This document shows positions 56,656 through 64,000 of a stretch of DNA of 64,000 bases, piece after piece. Within the stretch, counting starts at the first letter, position 1. Every line of letters starts with the position of its first letter. Where the stretch lies: the NCBI GenBank assembly GCA_963796055.1, contig CAWCKH010000004.1:288001-352000 (forward strand), read 5' to 3'. The position numbers and the translations under genes are program-made. The notes under the pieces are model-generated. The model was not told the DNA's origin. It did no database searches and worked only from the letters and a program-made list of their open reading frames with translations. Origin of the DNA: an uncultured delta proteobacterium (GTDB lineage Bacteria; Myxococcota; Myxococcia; Myxococcales; Myxococcaceae).

Positions 56656-57624
56656 GTGACCGAACCCCAGCTCTCCAGCGCCCGCCCCGGCCCGAACGAC
56701 CCCTGCTGGTGCAGGAGCGGGCTCAAGTACAAGAAGTGCCACCGCGAGGCCGACGCCCGCTCGGGGGCGCCCGCTCCCCGGCTGCGCCGGGTCAAGCCGG
56801 GCCGGATCTCCCCGATGCGCACCGTGCCGCCCGAGATTCCCCGGCCGGACTACGTGCCGTCGGGCCGCCCGGGACGCGGCCTCCGCGGAGATCCCGCCAC
56901 CCGGCTGGACCGCATGCGCCGCGCCTGCCAGGCCGCCGCCCAGGTGTTGCAAGAGACCGGCGCCCGGGTGGCGCCCGGCGTCACCACCGACGCGCTCGAC
57001 GCCATCGCCCACGCCGCGTACATCGCCCGGGGCGGCTACCCGAGCACGCTCGGGTACCACGGCTTCCAGAAGAGCATGTGCACCAGCGTCAACGAGGTAG
57101 TGGTGCACGGCATCCCGGACGATCGCCCGCTCGAGGCCGGGGACATCGTCAACTGCGACGTCACCATCTATCTCGAGGGCATGCACGGCGACTGCTCGGC
57201 CACCTTCCCGGTCGGAGAGGTGGACGAGGCGGCGAAGAAGCTGCTCCGGGTCACCGAGGAGGCCCTGATGAAGGGCATCGAGGCGGTGAAGCCCGGGCGC
57301 CAGGTGCGTACCATCGGCCAGGCCATCGCCGCCCACGCCGCGGCGAACGGGCTGGGCGTGGTCCGCAACTACTGCGGCCACGGCATCGGGGAAATCTTCC
57401 ACACCGAGCTGCAGGTTCCCCACTTCGACGACCCGGGCGCGACCACCGTCCTCGAGGAGGGGATGATCTTCACCATCGAGCCCATGCTCACCGAGGGGAG
57501 CTGGGGCGTGAAGCACTGGAACGATGGCTGGACCGCGGTCACTGCCGACGGTCTCCGCTCCGCCCAGATGGAGCACACCATCCTCGTGACCCGCGACGGG
57601 GCGGAGATCCTCACGCTGCCCTGA
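56656..57624 (+). CDS. map: Type I methionine aminopeptidase with N-terminal SEC-C motif
   Basis: PNDPCWCRSGLKYKKCH, CTSVNEVVVHGIP, DVT..GMHGD, GHGIG..FH, FTIEPM, SAQMEHTI. Confidence 0.95.
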   Translation: MTEPQLSSARPGPNDPCWCRSGLKYKKCHREADARSGAPAPRLRRVKPGRISPMRTVPPEIPRPDYVPSGRPGRGLRGDPATRLDRMRRACQAAAQVLQETGARVAPGVTTDALDAIAHAAYIARGGYPSTLGYHGFQKSMCTSVNEVVVHGIPDDRPLEAGDIVNCDVTIYLEGMHGDCSATFPVGEVDEAAKKLLRVTEEALMKGIEAVKPGRQVRTIGQAIAAHAAANGLGVVRNYCGHGIGEIFHTELQVPHFDDPGATTVLEEGMIFTIEPMLTEGSWGVKHWNDGWTAVTADGLRSAQMEHTILVTRDGAEILTLP

Positions 57625-57716
57625 CCGACCGGTCGGCGGGACGGGGGGTGGCCTACGTCACGCCGCACCGGTATATGGCCGCGCCGGGGATGGTGCTGGC
57701 GCCCCGAGGAGAGCCG

Positions 57717-58781
57717 ATGCCGTACGACATCCAGGTGAAGCGCACCACCACGCCGAGGCCCCGGCCGCCCGCCGGTGACCTCGGCTTCGGGCGCTTCTAC
57801 AGCGACCACCTCTTCCTCGCGGAGCACGACGGCCGCGGCTGGCACTCCCCCCGGATCGTCCCCTACGGGCCGCTGCCGCTGGACCCGGCGGCCAGCGCGC
57901 TGCAGTACGGCCAGGCCATGTTCGAGGGGATGAAGGCGGTGGCCGGAGATCGTGGCCCGCTGCTGTTCCGTCCCCAGATGCACGCCCGCCGGATGAACGC
58001 CTCCGCGGCGCGGCTGTGCATGCCGGAGATTCCCGAGGACTTCTTCCTCGCCGCGCTCCGCTCGGTGGTGCACGAGGACGCCTCCTGGGTTCCGACCGAG
58101 CCCGGCGCGTCGCTCTACGTCCGGCCGACGATGATCGGCTCGGAGGCCTACCTCGGAGTGCGCCCGTCGAAGAAGTACCTGTTCTACGTGCTCACCTCGC
58201 CGGTGGGGAACTACTTCGGGCCTCGCCCGGCGCCACTGAGGCTGTGGGTGGAGACCGAGCACGTTCGCGCGGCGCGCGGTGGGATCGGCGCGGCCAAGGC
58301 CGGGGCCAACTACGTCGCCGGCATGGCCGCCGCCGAGCGGGCCAAGAAGCAGGGCTTCCACCAGGTCCTCTGGCTCGACCAGACCCACCGCCAGGTCGAG
58401 GAAGCCGGGACGATGAACGTCTTCTTCCGCATCGGCGACACGGTGGTGACGCCCCCGCTGGAGGACTCGCTGCTGGCCGGAGTGACGCGCGACTCGGTGC
58501 TGACCCTGCTGCGGGAGTGGAAGGTGAAGGTGGAGGAGCGGCCGGTGGAGATCGCCGAGCTGGCCCAGCACTCTGAGCGCGGGCAGCTCAAGGAGGCCTT
58601 CGGCACCGGTACCGCGGCCACCATCTCCGCCATCGGCGAGCTGCAGTGGGGCAACAGGACGATGCGGCTCGGGGACTCCCGCGGGGAGATCGCCGAGCGC
58701 CTCTACCGGGCGATGATGGACCTCTTCGGCTCGCGCCGTCCGGACCCACGCGGCTGGCTGGTCCCGGTGGAGCCCTCGTAG
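57717..58781 (+). CDS. ilvE: Branched-chain amino acid aminotransferase
   Basis: LQYGQAMFEGMKA, LYVRP, AKAGANY (PLP Lys), EEAGTMNVFF, LAGVTRDS, FGTGTAA. Confidence 0.95.
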   Translation: MPYDIQVKRTTTPRPRPPAGDLGFGRFYSDHLFLAEHDGRGWHSPRIVPYGPLPLDPAASALQYGQAMFEGMKAVAGDRGPLLFRPQMHARRMNASAARLCMPEIPEDFFLAALRSVVHEDASWVPTEPGASLYVRPTMIGSEAYLGVRPSKKYLFYVLTSPVGNYFGPRPAPLRLWVETEHVRAARGGIGAAKAGANYVAGMAAAERAKKQGFHQVLWLDQTHRQVEEAGTMNVFFRIGDTVVTPPLEDSLLAGVTRDSVLTLLREWKVKVEERPVEIAELAQHSERGQLKEAFGTGTAATISAIGELQWGNRTMRLGDSRGEIAERLYRAMMDLFGSRRPDPRGWLVPVEPS

Positions 58782-58885
58782 AGGTCCATCCGGGCGAGCG
58801 GCGGCGCATAGAGGTACACGCTCACCGCCCGGACCCGTCCGGCGTGCTCGACGTGGTGGATGGTGTGCGGCTGCTGGGCGCCGAT
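58775..58885 (-). pseudogene. Cysteine dioxygenase-family C-terminal remnant
   Basis: IGAQQPHTIHHVEHAGRVRAVSVYLYAPPLARMDLYE resembles the CDO 'IH.V.N...AVS.H.Y.PPL..M..Y' segment. In-frame TAG upstream (58901-58903) and no start codon. Confidence 0.55.
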
Positions 58886-58917
58886 GGAAGCGCGGTTCCG
58901 CTAGGGTCGTGCAACGC

Positions 58918-60240
58918 ATGACGGACGGGGTGGTCATCGTCGGCGGGGGTGCGAGCGGCACGCTCACCGCGCTGGCGCTCGCCCGCGTCGCGGCGCCGGG
59001 CGCGGTGACCCTGGTGGACACCGGCGGCGCGTTCGCCCGTGGGGTGGCGTACTCCACCGACGAGCCGGTGCACCTGCTCAACGTGCCCGCGGGCCGGATG
59101 AGCGCGTTCCCGGATCAGCCGTCGCACCTCCTCCACTGGCTCGCTGCCCGCGGGGAGCCGGCCGACCCGGAGGCCTTCATCGAGCGGCGGGTCTACGGCG
59201 CGTACCTCGGGGAGCTGCTGGATGGCACCGGCACCGGGGTGCGCCGGGTGGTCGACCGGGCGATCTGCGTCGCCGCCGAGGGCAAGGGCCTTCGTATCCT
59301 GCTCTCGCGCGGTCCGGCGCTTGCGGCGCGCGCGGCGGTGCTGGCGCTGGGGAACTTCCCCCCCGAGCTGCCGCCGGGCTGGAGCGCGCTGCCCCCCCGG
59401 CTGGCCTGGCGCTCACCCTGGGCTCCGCCGGGGGACTGGCCAGCGCCGCAGGCCGAGGTGCTCCTGCTCGGAGCGGGGCTCACCGCGGTGGACGTGGTGC
59501 TCTCGCTCCATACCCGCGGCCACCGCGGGCGCATCCACCTCCTGTCCCGACACGGGCTCGCTCCGCTCACGCATCCGCCCCAGACGTTCGCGCCGCTGCC
59601 GCTCGGGCCGAGGCCCACCGCGCTGCGCGCGCTGCTCCGGATGTTCCGCGCGCTCGCCCGCCGGGAGGACCCGCGTGCGGTGATGGACACGCTCCGGCCC
59701 GAGCTGGGGGCGCTCTGGCACGGGCTCTCCAGCTCCGAGCAGCGGCGGTTCCTCCGCCACCTCCGGGCCTGGTTCGACATCCTCCGGCACCGGGTGGCGC
59801 CCCAGGTGGGCGCGCGCATTGCGTCCATCGAGGCCGAGGGCCGCCTGGTCCGTCATGCGGGCCGGGTGGTGTCCATCGCCGAGCAGGACGGAAGGGTGGC
59901 CGTGCGCTACCGGCCGCGGGGGGCGCGGACGCTCGCAGTGCTCGCGGTGGACCTGGCCATTCCCACCACCGGCCCGGTCATGGACGTGCGCGCCGTGGAC
60001 GACCCGCTGCTGCGGTCGCTGCTCGCCACGGGGCAGGCACGGCCCGGACCGCACGGGCTCGGCTTCGCCACCGCACCGGATGGCGCGGTGCTCGGGCCGC
60101 TCGAGGATCATCTCTGGACGCTGGGCGGGCTGCGGCGCGGCGACCTGTGGGAGTCCACGGCCATCCCGGAGATCCGCGTGCAGGCGCGCACGCTCGGCGA
60201 GCTGCTCGCCGCCAGGCTCAGGACGGCAGGTGCTGGATGA
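58918..60240 (+). CDS. FAD/NAD(P)-binding protein (YdhS-like)
   Basis: IVGGGASG, GVAYST...HLLNVPAGRMSAF, GAGLTAVD, SRHGL.P, W...RHRVAP, WESTAIPEIR.QA. Confidence 0.9.
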   Translation: MTDGVVIVGGGASGTLTALALARVAAPGAVTLVDTGGAFARGVAYSTDEPVHLLNVPAGRMSAFPDQPSHLLHWLAARGEPADPEAFIERRVYGAYLGELLDGTGTGVRRVVDRAICVAAEGKGLRILLSRGPALAARAAVLALGNFPPELPPGWSALPPRLAWRSPWAPPGDWPAPQAEVLLLGAGLTAVDVVLSLHTRGHRGRIHLLSRHGLAPLTHPPQTFAPLPLGPRPTALRALLRMFRALARREDPRAVMDTLRPELGALWHGLSSSEQRRFLRHLRAWFDILRHRVAPQVGARIASIEAEGRLVRHAGRVVSIAEQDGRVAVRYRPRGARTLAVLAVDLAIPTTGPVMDVRAVDDPLLRSLLATGQARPGPHGLGFATAPDGAVLGPLEDHLWTLGGLRRGDLWESTAIPEIRVQARTLGELLAARLRTAGAG

Positions 60241-60337
60241 GGCCCCAGACCAGCGCGGTGCTGAGCGCATCGAAGGCGAGCGCGACCAGCAGCGCCACCA
60301 GGGCGACGTCCAGAGCGGGAGAGCGATTGTCCGACAT
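60218..60337 (-). CDS. Putative small membrane peptide (39 aa)
   Basis: SD GAGGTG, MSDNRSPALDVALVALLVALAFDALSTALVWGLIQHLPS, downstream of a sigma-54-like promoter. Confidence 0.45.
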   Translation of the reverse strand: MSDNRSPALDVALVALLVALAFDALSTALVWGLIQHLPS

Positions 60338-60374
60338 CACGACACCTCGAGACGCATGCCTGGCCCCGGACCGT

Positions 60375-60390
60375 TGCAAGCCCGGATCCA
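60375..60390 (-). promoter_or_regulatory. Candidate sigma-54 promoter (TGGATCC-N4-TTGCA)
   Basis: GG-N10-GC on the minus strand. TGCA-N5-TGCA palindrome at 60454-60466 could be an enhancer site. Confidence 0.5.
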
Positions 60391-60774
60391 CCGGCGAGCC
60401 CGAGCAATTCCGGCCAGCTGCTCGCATGCGACACCTCGTCCTGAGGACGTCCTTGCACCCGTTGCATTGCACGGACTGACACGGGCGCCCTCGTCCGGTC
60501 GAACCCGCGACCTGGACGCAGGTTGCGCGACGGGCGCCGGCGTGACACCCGCTGGGGCGGTTGCTAGCCGGGCCGGTTCGCTTCACGGAGAGCGTGGGGG
60601 GCCGCCAGCCGCAATCGTGTGTCGGCTGGAACATCCGGCCTGACTCTCGTGACTTGCGGACTGCCGGCGCGCGGCTCACCGGCCAGGCCGCACTGCGTCA
60701 CGTACGCGTCACCGGAGTGTCACCCGCCCAGCCCGGGTCCGGGACCATCTTCCGGCGCTCCTTTGGAGGTTTGC

Positions 60775-61320
60775 ATGGTCCGTCATCCCCGGCTCGCCGT
60801 TCCCGTCGGTCCCGAGGACCACGTGCTCGGAAGCCCGGAGGCGCCGCTGACCTTGGTCATGTACGGCGACTACACCTGCCCGTACACCCGCCGTGCCTCG
60901 GCCTTCGTGGACGTGGCCCGGAAGAAGCTCGGGCGGAAGATGCGGTACGCCTTCCGGCACTTCCCCCGGGAGGAGTTCCACTCCGAGGCGGAGCTGCTGG
61001 CCGAGGCGGCGCACGCGGCGGGGACGCAGGGCAAGTTCTGGGAGATGCACCAGGCCTTGATGCTCGAAGGGGAGCCGGTGGACCCGGCGAGCCTCGCCGC
61101 GGAGCTGGGGCTCGACCTCGAGCGCTTCTCGAGCGAGCTGCAGGCACGGACCCACCGCGCGCACGTGGCCGCGGAGATGGACGGTGGGGTGCGCAGCGGG
61201 GTCACCGGGACGCCCACGCTCTTCATCAACGGCAAGCGGCACGTGGGGACCTGGGAGAACAGCTCGCTGCTCCGGGCCCTGGGCGGCGCGCCGGCGATGG
61301 CGCGCTCGGCACATCTGTAA
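60775..61320 (+). CDS. DsbA-like (thioredoxin_4) protein with a CxxT active site
   Basis: SD GGAGG, DHVLG..APLTLV.YGDYTCPYT, FRHFP, QGKFWEMH, GVTGTPTLFING. Confidence 0.88.
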   Translation: MVRHPRLAVPVGPEDHVLGSPEAPLTLVMYGDYTCPYTRRASAFVDVARKKLGRKMRYAFRHFPREEFHSEAELLAEAAHAAGTQGKFWEMHQALMLEGEPVDPASLAAELGLDLERFSSELQARTHRAHVAAEMDGGVRSGVTGTPTLFINGKRHVGTWENSSLLRALGGAPAMARSAHL

Positions 61321-61517
<197 letters not shown>

Positions 61518-61531
61518 TAAGCAGGCGGTTC

Positions 61532-63250
61532 ATGCCACGGTTCGTGCCGCCGCTCGCCCTGCTCTGCCTGTTCGCCTGCGCCCACGGAAAGGGGCTCTCC
61601 CGGGAGGAGGCGACGGCCCGGTTCTCCAGCCTGGTCTCCGACTACTTCGACGAGGCGTACGCCTTCGAGCCCACGCCCGGCACGCAGATGGGGTTCCACC
61701 AGTTCGACCCCAAGCTCGAGGACTTCAGCGCGCCGCGGGTGGCGACGCACGTGCAGAAGCTCCAGGGGATGCTCGACCGCGCGGTGGCGCTGTGGACCGA
61801 GCGGGTGGCGCTGCCCTACGACGACCTGATCGACCTCGAGGCGCTGGAGTCGCGCATCCGGGCCGACTTGCTGGAGTGGGAGAAGATGGGGTTCCGGCTC
61901 CAGAACCCGATGACCTACTCGCGCATCCCCGGCGAGGGCGTGGACGCGCTGCTCAAGCGCGACTTCGCCCCGGCCTCGGAGCGGCTCAAGTCCATCACCG
62001 CGCGGCTCCGGGCGGTGCCGGCGGTCTACGCCGCGGGCAAGGCCAACGTGAAGACGCCCCCCAAGGAGTGGACCGAGCTCGCCCTGCGGATGGCGAACGG
62101 CTCGCTGGGCTTCCTCCAGGAGTCGGTCTCCACCTGGGCGAAGGAAGCGGCCGGAGGCGACACGCTGGCGCTGGCCGACTTCAACCGGGCGAACACCACC
62201 GCCTATGCCGCGACTCAGGACTGGATCCACTTCCTGGAGAAGGAGCTGAAGCCCCGGAGCACCGGGAGCTGGGCCATCGGCCCGGCCTTCTTCTCCGAGA
62301 AGCTCCAGACCGAGGAGATGGTCTCCGAGCCGCTGGAGGCGCTGCTGGCCAAGGGGGAGGCGCAGCTGAAGGCGGACAACGAGGCGGCGGTGCAGACCGC
62401 GCAGCTGATCGACCGGCGGAGGTCGGTGGCCCAGGTGATGGCGGCGATGCAGTCCGACCATCCGACGGCGAAGGACCTCCTGCCCGCGGTGCGCCGCTCG
62501 CTGGAGGGGGTGCGGCAGTTCGTGGTCTCGAAGAACCTGGTCACCTTCCCCTCGGAGGTGAGGCCGAAGGTGGAGCCCACCCCGCCGTACGCCCGGAACG
62601 GCTCGTTCGCCTCGCTCGACGCGCCAGGGCCGTACGAGACCAAGGCCACCGAGTCCTACTACTACGTGACGCCCACCGAGGAGACGTGGAACAGCGCGCA
62701 GATCGAGGAGCACCTGCGTGCCTACGCCACGCCGATCCTGGCGATGACCGACGTGCACGAAGCCTACCCGGGCCACTTCCTGCAGGCGCTGTGGATGCCG
62801 AAGGTGCCGACCAAGGTGCGGAAGCTGCTCGCGGCCAACACCAACGTCGAGGGCTGGGCGCACTACACCGAGCAGATGGTGGTGGAGGAAGGGTTCGCGG
62901 ACGACGACCCGCGCATCAAGCTCGCGCAGCTGGAGGAGGCGCTGCTGCGCGACTGCCGGTTCGTGGTGGGCATCCAGCTGCACACCACCACGTTGACGGT
63001 GGAACAGGGGGCGGAGCGCTTCGTCAAGGAGTGCTTCCAGACGCCGGCCAATGCGTACGAGGAGGCCCGGCGCGGCACCTATGACCCGACGTACCTGTAC
63101 TACACGTACGGCAAGCTGCAGATCTACGAGCTGCGGCGTGAGTACCTGAGCCAGAAGGGGGGCACGTTGCGCGAGTTCCACGACGCGTTTCTCGCCCAGG
63201 GGGTGCTACCCATCCGCCTGGTCCGGAAGCTGCTCTTCGAGCAGAGGTGA
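61532..63250 (+). CDS. DUF885 family lipoprotein (putative metallopeptidase)
   Basis: Lipobox LFA-C, HEAYPGHFLQ, VEGWAHYTEQ, YTYGKLQI. Confidence 0.9.
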   Translation: MPRFVPPLALLCLFACAHGKGLSREEATARFSSLVSDYFDEAYAFEPTPGTQMGFHQFDPKLEDFSAPRVATHVQKLQGMLDRAVALWTERVALPYDDLIDLEALESRIRADLLEWEKMGFRLQNPMTYSRIPGEGVDALLKRDFAPASERLKSITARLRAVPAVYAAGKANVKTPPKEWTELALRMANGSLGFLQESVSTWAKEAAGGDTLALADFNRANTTAYAATQDWIHFLEKELKPRSTGSWAIGPAFFSEKLQTEEMVSEPLEALLAKGEAQLKADNEAAVQTAQLIDRRRSVAQVMAAMQSDHPTAKDLLPAVRRSLEGVRQFVVSKNLVTFPSEVRPKVEPTPPYARNGSFASLDAPGPYETKATESYYYVTPTEETWNSAQIEEHLRAYATPILAMTDVHEAYPGHFLQALWMPKVPTKVRKLLAANTNVEGWAHYTEQMVVEEGFADDDPRIKLAQLEEALLRDCRFVVGIQLHTTTLTVEQGAERFVKECFQTPANAYEEARRGTYDPTYLYYTYGKLQIYELRREYLSQKGGTLREFHDAFLAQGVLPIRLVRKLLFEQR

Positions 63251-63253
63251 GCC

Positions 63254-63673
63254 ATGCCCCCCCTGTCCTCTCCCCGCATCGTCGCCTGGCTGCTGCAGTC
63301 GCTGCCCACGACGTTCCTGGCGATCCTCTTCCTCCAGTCAGGGATCGACAAGGTGATCGACTTCCGCGGCAACCAGGGCTGGCTGACCCAGCACTTCGGG
63401 AACAGCCCGCTGCGGGGAGTGGTGACGCCGATGCTGCTGACCTTGACCATCATCGAGGTCACGGCGGGCGTGCTCTGCGCGGTGGGCCTGGTGGAGCTGG
63501 TGGTGCTCGGCGTGCCGCGGATCGCCTTCTGGGGCATCACCGTGGCAGCCATCGCCTTCCTGGCGCTCTTCTTCGGGCAGCGGATCGCCAAGGACTACAC
63601 CGGGGCAGCGGTGCTCCCGGCGTACTTCCTGGTGGCGCTGGTGGGGCTGTGGACGACGGGGCGGTTCCACTGA
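63254..63673 (+). CDS. DoxX-family membrane protein
   Basis: FLAILFLQSGIDKVID..GN..WL..HF, LFFGQRIAKDY.GAA. Confidence 0.85.
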   Translation: MPPLSSPRIVAWLLQSLPTTFLAILFLQSGIDKVIDFRGNQGWLTQHFGNSPLRGVVTPMLLTLTIIEVTAGVLCAVGLVELVVLGVPRIAFWGITVAAIAFLALFFGQRIAKDYTGAAVLPAYFLVALVGLWTTGRFH

Positions 63674-64000
63674 GCGAGACGGCGAAGAGCCTGCGGCTGC
63701 AGCTGCTGCCCGGGCGACTGGCGGTGGCCCGGCTGTCCGGAACGGACCCGGTGCCCGCGTGGGTCGATGGACCGGGGGTGGTGTCCATCACCCGGCGGGC
63801 CGGAGAGCTGAGCGTGGTCTGCGCCGACGCGCGGGTGCCGGTGGAGGTGCGGGCCGAGCGCGGCTGGCGGGCGCTGGAGGTGGAAGGGCCGATCGACTTC
63901 CAGGAGGTCGGCGTGCTGCACGCCCTCACCGGGCCGCTGTCCCGGGCAGCGGTCTCGGTGTTCGCCATAGCGACCTTCGATACCGACCTGGTGCTCGTCC
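63649..64000 (+). CDS. ACT-domain protein (3' end outside window)
   Basis: LRLQLLPGRLAVARL, SITR..GELSVVC, GWRALEVEGPIDF..VGVL..L..PL..A.VSVFAIATFDTDLVLV. Start probably GTG 63649. Confidence 0.85.
   Translation, partial: MDDGAVPLSETAKSLRLQLLPGRLAVARLSGTDPVPAWVDGPGVVSITRRAGELSVVCADARVPVEVRAERGWRALEVEGPIDFQEVGVLHALTGPLSRAAVSVFAIATFDTDLVLV

Noticed and set aside
63670..63673. Non-canonical CTG start (CTGA overlap) for the ACT-domain gene
   Set aside because: An in-frame GTG at 63649 gives an ordinary alternative start.

Overview
A 64-kb, very GC-rich chromosomal segment. It is probably from a myxobacterium (Myxococcota), inferred from the lipoprotein families, DUF885 paralogues, sigma-54 promoters and many ECF sigma factors; this cannot be confirmed without a search. 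It is a patchwork of small accessory modules. I saw no rRNA, tRNA, CRISPR array or transposase. Recognisable systems: a selenoneine-type senA-senB pair lacking senC/egtD; an HTH/beta-propeller vs SDR-DUF899-DUF2182 divergon; Hsp20-Lon; a DGPF(YciI)-ECF42 pair with its cognate promoter; an ECF/anti-sigma/Spy-like triad; an IorAB-type molybdoenzyme; a di-haem oxidoreductase; a sigma-54-driven nirBDC-hemD-cysG(N)-cobA nitrite/sirohaem operon; VOC-ArsR-SRPBCC; a SigG-like sigma factor with a glyoxalase target; MocR/NIPSNAP; ChrA; a HipA-like kinase-DUF3037-unknown operon; map; ilvE. Most notable: senAB with a Cys-cluster gene in the place of senC; a shared operator that identifies the likely binding site of an uncharacterised HTH regulator; an in-frame PfpI-ECF sigma fusion; a stand-alone Pnkp kinase domain; a PAS pseudokinase; apparently leaderless sigma-54 and sigma-70 transcripts; two unannotated small membrane proteins; and many deletion scars. 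Family assignments come from motif recognition by eye, not database searches.
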